64,000 nucleotides of DNA from a bacterium (GCA_018830565.1 JAHJRX010000043.1:9755-73754), one strand, 5' to 3'. Counted from the stretch's first letter, positions 30,971-41,225 are shown. Notes: generated from the sequence alone by a model not told the origin. Made by a program: numbers and translations.

Positions 30971-32123
30971 TAAATTTAGTACCCTTGTTTTCTTTGCTTT
31001 CTACTTTAATCTTACCTTGATGTTCCTCAATAATGCTTTTGACAATAGATAATCCTAATCCCATTCCTCCCCATTTTTTACTATAATAAGGCTCAAAGAT
31101 TAAAGACAAATCTTCTTCTTTAATCCCACAACCATTATCCACTACTTCTATTTTAATCATATTTTGGTCTTGTTCTGTCTTAAAAAAGACTATCCCTCCC
31201 TCGTACATCGACTCCACGCTATTCTTGGCTAAATTAGTAAAAGCTCTCTTCAGAGAATTTTTATCTAAAACCATCAAAGACAAATTCTTTGAAAACTCTC
31301 TATGAAATTCAACTTCAGGATATAACTTTTCCTGAATCTCGATTACCTCTTCTATTATTTTATTAATATTGTTTAATTTAAACTCTAATTTAGGTAACTT
31401 AGCAAATTCTGAAAACCCATGGGTAAGTCGGTATAGTTCTTCCACTTCTTCTAAGATAATCTGGCTACCTTCTTTTAAGATCTGTTCAAATTCAGGGTCC
31501 TTTTCTTCTTGTTTTCGAATAATTCTCTCTATAGATAATTTAATAGGCGTTAAAGGATTTTTTATTTCATGAGCTACCTTTTGAGCTACTGCCTGCCAAG
31601 TAGTTTCCTTTTCTGATTCAATAAGTTTCTTTTGAGCTTCGACTAAATCTTCTTTCCCTTTTTTAATTCTGGCTATCATATTATTAAAAGCCTTAGTTAA
31701 TTTTACGATCTCATAAATCTTACTTCTTTCTCTTATTTGGCAATCTACATCTCCTAAGGATAGTTTTTTAGTTCCTTCTAATAAATACAGAATGGGGGTA
31801 GTAATAGCTTTAGAAATTAACCTTCCCGCCACTATAGCTACTATAACCATCAAAAATAAGACCAACAAAGATCCTATATAGATACTCTTCTCTATAGTTT
31901 CTTGGAAAAACTTTAACTTTTTATATTCTAGAGATAGTTTTTTTACAGACTCTTCTTGGCCTTTGGTCTTAATTAAGGATTGATCAATAAGTCTTTCTAT
32001 GTCAGGATTAATGAATAATTTAATATTTTCTCTTAGTAAAATATTACTAATTAAGAATATAGGTAAGGCAGAAACAAGTGCTACGATTAAGAAGATAATG
32101 GTCAGCTTTATACGAAGTTTCAT
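30930..32123 (-). CDS. sensor histidine kinase (TM-HAMP-HisKA-HATPase_c, NtrY-like)
   Basis: H-box HEIKNPLTPI. N, G1 and G2 boxes (DNGCGI, GGMGLGL). Confidence 0.9.
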   Translation of the reverse strand: MKLRIKLTIIFLIVALVSALPIFLISNILLRENIKLFINPDIERLIDQSLIKTKGQEESVKKLSLEYKKLKFFQETIEKSIYIGSLLVLFLMVIVAIVAGRLISKAITTPILYLLEGTKKLSLGDVDCQIRERSKIYEIVKLTKAFNNMIARIKKGKEDLVEAQKKLIESEKETTWQAVAQKVAHEIKNPLTPIKLSIERIIRKQEEKDPEFEQILKEGSQIILEEVEELYRLTHGFSEFAKLPKLEFKLNNINKIIEEVIEIQEKLYPEVEFHREFSKNLSLMVLDKNSLKRAFTNLAKNSVESMYEGGIVFFKTEQDQNMIKIEVVDNGCGIKEEDLSLIFEPYYSKKWGGMGLGLSIVKSIIEEHQGKIKVESKENKGTKFIVYLPSQREESEL

Positions 32124-32662
32124 TTTTTCATAACCTCTGACTTTATCTTTGGAATTTGATTAGCCCAGTATTTCATCAAATCTAGCTCTAAATGAGAAAT
32201 AGTCTTAATTTTACCTAATCTTGCCGAAATTTGATAGCAATAACCTTCTCCACTATTAATTTTCTCTAAAGGAAAAGAGATCTCTATGGTGTTCCAAAAC
32301 TTTTTAGCTTCTTGAAAAGAAATAGCTTCCTCTTTTTTGCCATTAGCTACTATTTTATACTTCTTACTTATCAGGTCATAACTTATGGTTTTGGTAAGCA
32401 TCTCACTTCTTACCACTTCTTTTCTCTTCCTTAACACTCTTATTTGCTCAATCGTATAATCTATCTTTACTAAAACCCCACTTTCAATTAATTCTATAAG
32501 TTCTTTAGCAGTAGCATTTCTTAATTCTGCCGAGAGATTATCCTTTATTTCCTCATGACAGACCACCAGAGAGACAAAATGAGGAATATCAGTAGAACGA
32601 AATATCACGGGCACTAAGAAAGTTTGAATAAGACTATAAATAAGAACAAATTTGCCTAACAT
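32120..32662 (-). CDS. DUF4390-like protein
   Basis: Small secreted protein immediately upstream of, and translationally coupled to, the NtrY-like kinase. Confidence 0.45.
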   Translation of the reverse strand: MLGKFVLIYSLIQTFLVPVIFRSTDIPHFVSLVVCHEEIKDNLSAELRNATAKELIELIESGVLVKIDYTIEQIRVLRKRKEVVRSEMLTKTISYDLISKKYKIVANGKKEEAISFQEAKKFWNTIEISFPLEKINSGEGYCYQISARLGKIKTISHLELDLMKYWANQIPKIKSEVMKK

Positions 32663-32713
32663 TATCTCTAAGTTTTACCTTTCATCCTAACCATTTCTTT
32701 TTTTTATTAGTGG

Positions 32714-33442
32714 TCAAAAATTAATTCGAGGTCCTATAGAGACTATCACTCCTGACAGATCAATTTTTGGTGCTCCTTCTGCTACCTTGCCGGCTTGCTT
32801 TAAATTATCTATTTTGGCTTGAAGATAAAAAATGCTTGTTCCAATATCTATCCAGCGAGCTAATTTATAACTACCTTCTAAAATAATTTGATATCCTATG
32901 GTGTCTCCACTAACAAAAGCACTCTTAGTATAGTTTGTTTTGTCTTCACTGTCTTCACTTACTTCCCTTACTTCTTTCCATAAAGGTTCTATAAGTTTTT
33001 CATAGTCTACACCATACCAGCCTACTCCTGCTCCAATGGCATAGTTAAACTTTCCTTTGGGCACTTTATAAAAAGCATTTAGGGTGTGAAACCCTCCGCT
33101 TAAAAGTGCACTTTTGCATTTTTTGTTTTGGTCAGAAAAACCACTACTTTCACCATAAAACCAACTACCTATATAACCTAACTGGAGATATTCATAAAAA
33201 GTCCACCTAAGAGTTCCTCCACCCATTGTTAATCTTTTAATCTCACTTAATTGTAAGCTATTCTTCAAATCATCATTTAATTCTTTTAAAGATGGACTAT
33301 AATAAATTGCCCAAAAAGGTGCCCCGCCAAATCCTCCATAATTAGGATCCAACCAAGCAGGAAGCTCATTTTGAGCCTTTGCTGTTGAATAACTTATTAA
33401 GATTACTAAGAACATTAAAGAGAATATCTTGCTTAACTTCAT
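32714..33442 (-). CDS. secreted/outer-membrane beta-barrel protein, unknown function
   Basis: Signal peptide, alternating beta-strand pattern and a C-terminal Phe. Confidence 0.4.
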   Translation of the reverse strand: MKLSKIFSLMFLVILISYSTAKAQNELPAWLDPNYGGFGGAPFWAIYYSPSLKELNDDLKNSLQLSEIKRLTMGGGTLRWTFYEYLQLGYIGSWFYGESSGFSDQNKKCKSALLSGGFHTLNAFYKVPKGKFNYAIGAGVGWYGVDYEKLIEPLWKEVREVSEDSEDKTNYTKSAFVSGDTIGYQIILEGSYKLARWIDIGTSIFYLQAKIDNLKQAGKVAEGAPKIDLSGVIVSIGPRINF

Positions 33443-33628
33443 CTTAACCTCCAGGTGTTAAATAGATTTTTCTTTAAAAACTTATCATAGAAAATCATAG
33501 AAGTAATATAATTCTTAATCTTAAACTCGTCAAGGTTTTTTACAGCAATTCTAATTATGAAAATTTAGGTTCTTTCGTATTTATTGTGGATATCTCCTAG
33601 GATTTAACAAGCCTCAATGTTGTGATGC

Positions 33629-34153
33629 TTAATACTCAATCCCCTTTCTTCTCTGAATTCCCACATCATATGGATGCTTTATTGCTTCTATCCTGCTCAC
33701 TAAGTCTGCTTTTTCAATGATTTTTTGTGATGCACCCCTGCCTGTCAGGACTAACTCCAGATTCTCCGGCTTAGCCTCCAATATATCCAATACCTCATCC
33801 TCTTTCAGAAAACCATCACGCAAGGAGATGTTTATCTCATCCAATATGAGCAGGTCGTATTTGTTTTCCCTGTACAGCCCTTTGATAACCCCTAATCCTT
33901 CAAGGCATTCATGCCGTATCTCATCAGCGGTAATATCCTTATGAAAATGTGGATGTTTTTTGGCAAAACCGAAGATATCTACACCGAGTTTTGTTAAAAT
34001 CCCATGTTCAGCATATCCCCATCTTTCTGGTTCTTTATGAAAATAGATATAGCCGACCCGAAGGTTCTGTCCCCTTGCCCTTATTGCAAGCCCTATTGCC
34101 GCAGTTGTCTTACCCTTGCCATCACCTGTATAGATGTGGATTAAACCTTTCAT
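33629..34153 (-). CDS. cobO: cob(I)yrinic acid a,c-diamide adenosyltransferase (CobO/BtuR)
   Basis: P-loop GDGKGKTTAAIGLA and LLILDEIN of CobA/CobO. Confidence 0.9.
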   Translation of the reverse strand: MKGLIHIYTGDGKGKTTAAIGLAIRARGQNLRVGYIYFHKEPERWGYAEHGILTKLGVDIFGFAKKHPHFHKDITADEIRHECLEGLGVIKGLYRENKYDLLILDEINISLRDGFLKEDEVLDILEAKPENLELVLTGRGASQKIIEKADLVSRIEAIKHPYDVGIQRRKGIEY

Positions 34154-34209
34154 GCCTGTCCTCCTCGTATGTATGCAATATGTAGAGACAGGTCTAAGAT
34201 CTGTCTCTA

Positions 34210-35031
34210 CTATTTTTTAAGATTATACCCGCGAGGGGTAATCATAAATTTACCCTTTACATAAGTTTTGGAATTGCCTATAATTATAGTTGTAAGCATG
34301 TCAACCTTCTCTGAAGAAAGCATTTCCTTAAGGGTAGTTATCTCTATTTCCTGGTTTTCTCGATATGCGTTCCTGACTATGCCTACCGGGGTCTGGGGGT
34401 TTCTGTGTCTCATCAAGATATTCCATGCAGATTTTAACGGCTCTATCCTCTTTTTACTTTTGGGATTATAAAGTACTATCACAAAATCTGCTTGTGCTGT
34501 CAGCTCAATCCGTTGTTCTATCAATGCCATATCTGTCAATAGGTCGCTTAAGGAGATAACGGCAAAATCATGCATCAATGGTGCGCCAAGCAAACCAGCA
34601 CATCCGGAGGCAGCTGAAATCCCTGGAATTATCTCTATCTCAAGCCTGCCTATCTCCTCTTCACTTAAAAGCTCCAAAATCAGTCCTGCCATGCCATAGA
34701 TACCGGCATCCCCGCTTGAGATAACACATACCCTTTTTCCTTCCAATGCCTTATTTATCGCCTTCTTTGCCCTTTTTATCTCCTCGGTCATGCCGGAAGA
34801 GATAATTTCCTTGTTATTTACCAGTTCCTTGAGGAGACTTACATAGGTTTTATACCCAACAATAACCTCGCACCCATCTATTGCCTCCCTTGCCCTTTGA
34901 CACAAAAGACTCATATCACCGGGACCTATTCCTACAATACTCAGCCTTCCATGGCTATGGCTATAGTCACACCATTTAATTTCTGTTTTTTTACTATTAA
35001 TCCCGCATTCCTGCCAGCTAATAATGCACAT
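34210..35031 (-). CDS. cbiH: cobalt-precorrin-3B / precorrin-3B C17-methyltransferase
   Basis: Tetrapyrrole methylase signature SIVGIGPGDMSLL. Gene context. Confidence 0.85.
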   Translation of the reverse strand: MCIISWQECGINSKKTEIKWCDYSHSHGRLSIVGIGPGDMSLLCQRAREAIDGCEVIVGYKTYVSLLKELVNNKEIISSGMTEEIKRAKKAINKALEGKRVCVISSGDAGIYGMAGLILELLSEEEIGRLEIEIIPGISAASGCAGLLGAPLMHDFAVISLSDLLTDMALIEQRIELTAQADFVIVLYNPKSKKRIEPLKSAWNILMRHRNPQTPVGIVRNAYRENQEIEITTLKEMLSSEKVDMLTTIIIGNSKTYVKGKFMITPRGYNLKK

Positions 35032-35681
35032 GGCTCACACACCCCCTTTAATCCAACATGTCGTTCAACAACATCACTATGAGATATTTCCCCATGGAAA
35101 CATCTAATCTGTTCGTTTGGGATAAAGATCAGGGGAAGGTTTAGTTCCTCACATGCCTCTATCAACCCAATCTCACCCTTTTTCAGAGAGGCTGTTGCTG
35201 CCAACCGTATCCCTTCTATTTCTAACCCTTGTCTATCCAATGTGTTAAGGATGGCATCCCTTACCGTATCATGGGTTATCCCTTTCCGGCAGCCTATTCC
35301 AAGGATTAACCTCTTGCGAGCCTCTGTCCCTGTGGTAATAACAGGTATAGCATCCAATACAGCAGCCACCCTGAACGCAAGCTCATTTGCCCTGCCTTCG
35401 TGCCCGGAGAGTACGCTTATGGCAAATCGTCCGCTGGTATCCACGCAAACAATCGCCGGGTCAGTATGCTTACTCTTAATAAAAGGACTAATCACACGAA
35501 CCACAATCCCTAACGCCGCAATAAATATCAATCCCTCGTATTTATGAAAGATACGAGCAACCATGCTTGCAAGAGATTCATTCTCATCCCTCTTAATAAC
35601 CGTTATCCCATCAAGCCCTTTTAATAGCCGTTCTGCCAATGCCTCACCATGTTCATTTATCACCAAAACAGCAACCATCAT
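34941..35681 (-). CDS. cbiG: cobalt-precorrin-5A hydrolase CbiG
   Basis: CbiG-like N-terminal region (LVINEHGE...) and C-terminal LGIGCRKG segment. Lies between cbiF and cbiH. Confidence 0.75.
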   Translation of the reverse strand: MMVAVLVINEHGEALAERLLKGLDGITVIKRDENESLASMVARIFHKYEGLIFIAALGIVVRVISPFIKSKHTDPAIVCVDTSGRFAISVLSGHEGRANELAFRVAAVLDAIPVITTGTEARKRLILGIGCRKGITHDTVRDAILNTLDRQGLEIEGIRLAATASLKKGEIGLIEACEELNLPLIFIPNEQIRCFHGEISHSDVVERHVGLKGVCEPCALLAGRNAGLIVKKQKLNGVTIAIAMEG

Positions 35682-36442
35682 TTCTGTCCTACCCGATAAA
35701 GGTGCGTGAATTCCTGAGCATAGAGCCTGCTTTTCTCAAACCCTTCCCTTTTCAGCACATCCCCTACGATAATCAATGCCTGCCTTTTTATCCCTTCATT
35801 CTTCACCTTATCGCTAATATCTGCAAGTGTACCCCTGATTATCCTCTCATCATCCCATGATGCCTTATAGACTACGGCTACGGGTGTTGTTTTCTCATAG
35901 CCGCAAGCAATCTTATCAACAATCTCATCTATCCTGTCTACACTCAAGAAAATAATAAGGGTCGCTTTTATCTGAGCAAGCCTTGCTATATCCTCGTTAT
36001 CCGGCACAGCCGTTCTTCCGGAAGCCCTGGTGATGATTACTGTTTGACTTATCCCGGGGAGGGTCAGCTCTTGTTTCAGGGCAGCGGCAGCAGCACAAAA
36101 TGAGCTTACACCAGGGACAACCTCATACTCAATTCCTTGTTCCTCACACCACTCTATCTGTTCAGCAATAGCACTGTACAGGGATGTATCCCCAGTATGG
36201 ATTCGGGCTATAGCAGCGTCTGTGTCCTTATATTGCCTATATATTCCCACAACCTCTTCTAAGGTCATGGCAGCAGAATTGTATATCTGAACAGCTTTAT
36301 TATGGGCAAATTCAAGTATCTTCTCATTAACTAAAGAGCCGGCGTAGATAATAATATCTGCGTTTTCTATAACCCTTTTGCCTTTTAATGTTAACAATTC
36401 AGGGTCACCAGGACCTGCACCAATAAAATAAACCTTAGCCAC
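35678..36442 (-). CDS. cbiF: cobalt-precorrin-4 / precorrin-4 C11-methyltransferase
   Basis: VYFIGAGPGDPELLTLKG... and IHTGDTSLY motifs. Confidence 0.9.
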   Translation of the reverse strand: MAKVYFIGAGPGDPELLTLKGKRVIENADIIIYAGSLVNEKILEFAHNKAVQIYNSAAMTLEEVVGIYRQYKDTDAAIARIHTGDTSLYSAIAEQIEWCEEQGIEYEVVPGVSSFCAAAAALKQELTLPGISQTVIITRASGRTAVPDNEDIARLAQIKATLIIFLSVDRIDEIVDKIACGYEKTTPVAVVYKASWDDERIIRGTLADISDKVKNEGIKRQALIIVGDVLKREGFEKSRLYAQEFTHLYRVGQK

Positions 36443-36499
36443 TTTTTAGTACCTCCATATCAGGTAAGGTAAGCGTTCAGCCGTCAGCTATCAGCAGTC

Positions 36500-36660
36500 A
36501 GAGAGAGCACCATTTCGAATTTCGAATTGCGAATTGCGAATCTGAAGAAACAGAACAGAATCTCAAATTGTGAATTGCATGGAGCACCCCTGGCAGAAAT
36601 TGCGAATCTGTTCCATTTCTACAGATTCACAATTCGAGATTCGAGATTCGCGATCTTACT
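36500..36660. repeat. hairpin-forming heptamer-periodic repeat element (AATTGCG units and inverse)
   Basis: cgaatttcgaattgcgaattgcgaatctg ... cagattcacaattcgagattcgagattcgcgat. The two arms are mutually complementary tandem 7-mers. Confidence 0.7.
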
Positions 36661-38162
36661 ATCACCATTGAAAAATAATTCAAATCCCCTGCCCTTACAT
36701 CCCTGATGTCCTTAAATATTGCCTCATCTTCCATTCCTGCCCTTGAGATATATGTTGCCCTATCCAGCATACCCATAGAGGTAAGGGCTTTTACAATATC
36801 GCCAAATACCTTGTGAACCTTCATAAGTATAACAGTATCAAATTGTTGCAGCGTTTTCTTCAAATTGTCTATTGTCAAGGGTGCTGCCGCATAATTTGCC
36901 GGGAGGATGGCAATCTTTTCATCAGCAAGACCAAGGGGTATCTTTAGCCTTGATGCGGCTGCAGTTATGGATGATACGCCAGGGATTATCTGAATATCCA
37001 TCCCAGACCTGAGTTCAAGCAGCCTATCGCAGATATAAAAGAATGTGCTGTAAAGGGTAGGGTCACCAAGTGTAATAAATGCCACATCCATTCCCTTATT
37101 AATCCTGTCAAGGATTGAGTCTGCTATCTTTTGCCATCCTGCATCCATCTCACAAGAGTCAGATGACAGATTTTTTTCTTCATCTGCCTCCTGCCTCCTT
37201 GTCTTTCTCATCGGGAAATATGCAGAGATAATCTCCTTGCCTTCAAGGTTCAATGCCCCCTCTACAATAGACAAGGCAAGGCTTTTGCCTTCTTCCCTGC
37301 CCATAGGAACACAGATACAGGAGACGCGATTAAGAATCCGTATTGCTTTCAGGGTCAATAATTCAGGATCCCCAGGTCCTACCCCTATAACAAAAAGGCT
37401 GGCTCTGGATTTTGTCTCAAGGGTTTGGTGTTTGGAACCAGAATTCTGAAGCTTGAGAATAACCACACTTGGTTCTGAAAAAGCCGCATCAATAAACCCT
37501 TGCGGTTTTCCCTCTACAACCCTTTCATCCTTGCAGCCTAATCTTTCACAAACATACATTGTTATTGGAAGGTTGTCGGTAAGGGGTGAGGTATCGAGTA
37601 TCTTTGCTATGACAGAAGGGGTAGTCATTCTGTCTGTAAGAATAGCCATCTTGTTGTGTTTTATAAGGAATGACGGCACATCCCGTATTCCATATCCAAG
37701 CCTTTTTGGGTCAGAGATTCCATGAAGACTCATCAGGAAGGCATCATCCCATGTCTCCCGTATCCTTGCAAATGCCGCCTGAATACTCGATAAATCAGGA
37801 AGTATCTCCACCATCTCCCTTCCAAACTCACCTATAATCTTCCTGCCAATCCCAAAGAACAACGGATCCCCGGAGCAAAGAATGGTAATGATTGCTGAGG
37901 GTTGGCAGGAAAGGGCAGAGCGAATGGCGTTGATAATTTTACCTACGGCTATCACTGTTACCTTGTCTTTGGGAAAATTGGGAAAATTACCGATATCCTC
38001 GTTTTTCAGCAGGACATCAAGAAGCCTGTCAGATGGGAGAATAATCATTGTTGAATTGCAAATTATCTCCCTTGCCCTTGCATCAAAGGGTCGATAACCA
38101 ATACCAATAAGATAGATTTTACCCATCATACCTTCCTTAAAATATATGTGTCCATCAGCCAA
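36627..38162 (-). CDS. fused corrin-ring methyltransferase (CbiE-like N-domain + CbiL/CobI-like C-domain)
   Basis: Two tetrapyrrole-methylase domains. The second starts LFVIGVGPGDPELLTLKAIRIL. Confidence 0.65.
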   Translation of the reverse strand: MADGHIYFKEGMMGKIYLIGIGYRPFDARAREIICNSTMIILPSDRLLDVLLKNEDIGNFPNFPKDKVTVIAVGKIINAIRSALSCQPSAIITILCSGDPLFFGIGRKIIGEFGREMVEILPDLSSIQAAFARIRETWDDAFLMSLHGISDPKRLGYGIRDVPSFLIKHNKMAILTDRMTTPSVIAKILDTSPLTDNLPITMYVCERLGCKDERVVEGKPQGFIDAAFSEPSVVILKLQNSGSKHQTLETKSRASLFVIGVGPGDPELLTLKAIRILNRVSCICVPMGREEGKSLALSIVEGALNLEGKEIISAYFPMRKTRRQEADEEKNLSSDSCEMDAGWQKIADSILDRINKGMDVAFITLGDPTLYSTFFYICDRLLELRSGMDIQIIPGVSSITAAASRLKIPLGLADEKIAILPANYAAAPLTIDNLKKTLQQFDTVILMKVHKVFGDIVKALTSMGMLDRATYISRAGMEDEAIFKDIRDVRAGDLNYFSMVIVRSRISNLEL

Positions 38163-38887
38163 CCCTTTTCCTTTTTAGCCTCACCCTTTAATCTTTTAAT
38201 CTCCTCGATTACATCCCTTAATTTCCCGGAGATTAAGATTTCATCTTCGGTCCCCAGATAGCCTCCCCAGTAAATATCAATATCGGTCTCCTGAAAGCGT
38301 TTATAGGCAGAATAGGAATCCAACATGACAATGGCATTTGTAACCTCATCAGCCGAATATTCTTTCAATTTTCTGCCGGTAGTAATCACAATTGGCTCCC
38401 CGATACGATTTAGGGGAATTTTATGCCTTGCAGTCAAAACCTGAATACTGGTTATTCCTGGTATCACCTCATACTCAAAATCTATTATTCCTTCTCTAAG
38501 TATGTGTTGTATCATTTCTAAATGTCCATCATATAACGAAGGGTCGCCCCAGACAAGGATAGCCCCGTTTTCATCTTCATTCATCTCATTTTTGATTAAT
38601 CCGGCAATAACTGCTGATGTTTCCTGACGCCACACCTTAATCTCCTCAGAATATGGCTTGCAACCCTTTTTGCGTCCGGGAATCTTTGCGATTACAACCC
38701 TATATGTACCACTATCCAGATACTTTTCTAATATCTCCTTCCTTATCTCAAGAAGCTCTTTTCTGCCCCGTCCTTCTTTGTCTAAGAGGAAAAAGACATC
38801 TACCTTTTTCATCGTGTTTATCGCCTGAACAGTAAGGTAATCAGGGCTACCAGGCCCAATTCCAATAAGATATATCTTCTTCATCAT
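38126..38887 (-). CDS. tetrapyrrole methylase, CobF-like (precorrin-6A synthase family)
   Basis: IYLIGIGPGSPDYLT...WGDPSLYD, ~250 aa. Confidence 0.55.
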   Translation of the reverse strand: MMKKIYLIGIGPGSPDYLTVQAINTMKKVDVFFLLDKEGRGRKELLEIRKEILEKYLDSGTYRVVIAKIPGRKKGCKPYSEEIKVWRQETSAVIAGLIKNEMNEDENGAILVWGDPSLYDGHLEMIQHILREGIIDFEYEVIPGITSIQVLTARHKIPLNRIGEPIVITTGRKLKEYSADEVTNAIVMLDSYSAYKRFQETDIDIYWGGYLGTEDEILISGKLRDVIEEIKRLKGEAKKEKGWLMDTYILRKV

Positions 38888-40068
38888 TCACCGCCTTTTT
38901 CTCTCAAGCATGTTGCAAAGAGTGTGCCATTTCCATCTTCGGGAATATCCTTTAATGGAAGAGCAGTAACATTATCAGCAAGTCTGTAAACTTCTTTGCC
39001 GGGATATACCACCCAGAGATGTTCAATCTTTAGATTTTCCAAAGCAATCTTCATGGATTTCGTCAACCGAGGGGCATCTACATATTTAAATTCAACGCCC
39101 CAGTTTTTCCCTCTATGCTGCCAGAATAAATCTATCTCAGCGCCTGAGTGGGTACTCCAGAAATAAAACTCCTGCTCTCTTTTTCCAACGCTTCGGCATA
39201 CACACTCTAAGGCAAAGCCTTCCCATGAAGTACCCAGTTTATTATGCAGATAAAGCTGGCTTAAGGTTTCAATACCTATGAGAGAATGAAACAAGCCTGA
39301 GTCTTGAAGGAATATTTTGGGTCTTTTAACAAGCCGTTTCCCAATGTTAAGATACCATGGCGGCAAAATCCTTACCATGAAGGTCCCTGCCAAAATCTCA
39401 AGATATTTTCGGACTGTCATATCGGAGATTCCAAAAGAGCGGGCAACCTCCGAATAATTAATGATTTGCCCATGGTAGTGGCTGATCATAGTCCAAAACC
39501 GCCTGAGCGTATAAGCTGGAATATTGATACCTAATTGCGGTATATCTCGTTCAAGAAATGTCGTAATGTAGTTTTCCCGCCAGAGCGTGCTTTGTTCCTC
39601 GGTTTCAGCCATGTAGGAGTCAGGTAATCCACCCCGAATCCAAAGTCTAAAAATGTTTTCCCGGCTAACATCGTCTATCCTGAACCCACCAAGATAATAG
39701 TAACCAATCCTGCCGGCAAGCGATTCGGAACTCTGCCTTATCAGATTACCTGAAACATTGCCAAGTATTAAATATTTCTGGCTGGGGTTGTTATCCACCA
39801 GATAACGAATGATAGGAAATAAATTCGGTAGCCGTTGAATTTCATCAATAACAATTAATCCTTTCAAGTCTTCAAGTGCAAGCTGTGGTTGTTCCAACCT
39901 GGCAATATCTCTCGGATTTTCAAGATCAAAATAATGACTATAATCAAATCCCCGAGCTATGGTTGTTTTTCCGCACTGACGAGGTCCCAGTATTGCAGTA
40001 ACCGGAAACATACCGATTCGCTTTAAGATATTCTGAAAATCAATCTTCCTCTCAATTATCTTCATCAT
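38884..40068 (-). CDS. AAA-family ATPase with DUF4143-like C-terminal domain
   Basis: Walker A GPRQCGKTT and Walker B VIDEIQ. Confidence 0.75.
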   Translation of the reverse strand: MMKIIERKIDFQNILKRIGMFPVTAILGPRQCGKTTIARGFDYSHYFDLENPRDIARLEQPQLALEDLKGLIVIDEIQRLPNLFPIIRYLVDNNPSQKYLILGNVSGNLIRQSSESLAGRIGYYYLGGFRIDDVSRENIFRLWIRGGLPDSYMAETEEQSTLWRENYITTFLERDIPQLGINIPAYTLRRFWTMISHYHGQIINYSEVARSFGISDMTVRKYLEILAGTFMVRILPPWYLNIGKRLVKRPKIFLQDSGLFHSLIGIETLSQLYLHNKLGTSWEGFALECVCRSVGKREQEFYFWSTHSGAEIDLFWQHRGKNWGVEFKYVDAPRLTKSMKIALENLKIEHLWVVYPGKEVYRLADNVTALPLKDIPEDGNGTLFATCLREKGGE

Positions 40069-40079
40069 AAAAGCCCTCT

Positions 40080-40130
40080 AACCGTTCAGCTATCAGCAGT
40101 CAGCGGATGAAGGCTGACACCTGAACGGTT
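40080..40130. repeat. hairpin repeat (aaccgttcag...ctgaacggtt) with CAGCNNN 7-nt periodic core
   Basis: 10-bp perfect stem. The core ctatcagcagtcagcgg recurs at 36470-36500, 42000-42025 and 42108-42135. Confidence 0.6.
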
Positions 40131-40235
40131 ACAAAGGATACCATAACATCATTGAAATATCAAGCAGAAAATATGATTTTTCAAGCAATGTGCAATTCCT
40201 TCTTAGGCATATAGTATCTACTCAATTATGATGGG

Positions 40236-40340
40236 GAAGGTCGGTAACCGGTAATCGGTAAATGGTAATCGGTAAGAGAAACAATTACCTGATTACCTGC
40301 TTACCCGATCACCCGATAACTGATTACCGATTACCACGAT
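40236..40340. repeat. hairpin of GGTAATC-type heptamer arrays
   Basis: ggtaaccggtaatcggtaaatggtaatcggtaag ... ttacccgatcacccgataactgattaccgattacc. Confidence 0.7.
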
Positions 40341-41225
40341 TTATTGAGAAGATACTGCATATAATCTTAATATCTCCCTTCTCGCCTCACCAATTGTGAG
40401 TGGGATTCTACCAAATGGAATATTATCCTCATGCTTCAATCTATAAATCAACTCTGCCATTTGAGGCAATCTTAGCCTTACATTCTCCATATCCTCCGGT
40501 GCGGTAAATACATCCTCAGGAGTGCCGCCTCTGACAATATGCCCCTTGCTCAAAATATAAAGCCTGTCAAGGAATAAAGGGACAAGGTCAACTGAGTGTG
40601 TCGCCATAACAATGGTAACGCCATTTTCCTTATTTAACCTTGTCAGGAGATTCATCATTTTATATTCACCCATTGGGTCAAGTCCGGCAGTCGGCTCATC
40701 AAGGAGCAATATCTCGTGTCCCATAGATAAAAGTCCGGCAATACATGCCCGTTTCTTTTGCCCAAAACTAAGATTGTGGATTGATTTTCCTGCATAATCG
40801 TCCATCTCAACAGCCTTTAGTGCCTCCTTAACACGGCTGATAACCTCATCTTCCGCAAACCCCATATTTATTGGTCCAAATGCCACATCCTCAAAGACGC
40901 TTGTAGCAAAGAGCTGGTCATCAGGGTTTTGAAAGACAAGCCCGATTTTTTTATATATCTCCTTTGGCGATAGCTTTTTAATGTTAACACCGTCAAGAAG
41001 GATATTTCCCTCAATATCTTTTAACAGTCCGTCTATTGCCTTTAGCAGGGTTGTTTTCCCTGAGCCGTTTGAGCCGAGAATGCCTGTAAACTCTCCCCTT
41101 TTTATCTCAAGGCTTATGTCAGACAAGGCTATTGTCCCATCCGGATATTTGAACGAGTTTATCTGAACAGACAATCTTCTGACTTCTGACTCCTGACTTC
41201 TGTATTCTGATTTCACATCTTCCAT
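40341..41225 (-). CDS. cbiO: energy-coupling factor transporter ATPase (CbiO/NikO-like)
   Basis: Walker A GSNGSGKTT, signature LSFGQKKR and Walker B LLLDEPTAGLD. The N-terminal ~20 aa (KSEYRSQESEVRRL) are encoded by CTGACTT-type heptamer repeats at 41177-41214. Confidence 0.85.
   Translation of the reverse strand: MEDVKSEYRSQESEVRRLSVQINSFKYPDGTIALSDISLEIKRGEFTGILGSNGSGKTTLLKAIDGLLKDIEGNILLDGVNIKKLSPKEIYKKIGLVFQNPDDQLFATSVFEDVAFGPINMGFAEDEVISRVKEALKAVEMDDYAGKSIHNLSFGQKKRACIAGLLSMGHEILLLDEPTAGLDPMGEYKMMNLLTRLNKENGVTIVMATHSVDLVPLFLDRLYILSKGHIVRGGTPEDVFTAPEDMENVRLRLPQMAELIYRLKHEDNIPFGRIPLTIGEARREILRLYAVSSQ

Noticed and set aside
36460-36660. Small ORF or sRNA in the cbiF / fused-methylase spacer
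   Set aside because: The region consists of complementary heptamer arrays forming a long hairpin. It is more simply explained as a REP/STRR-like element, possibly a terminator or attenuator.
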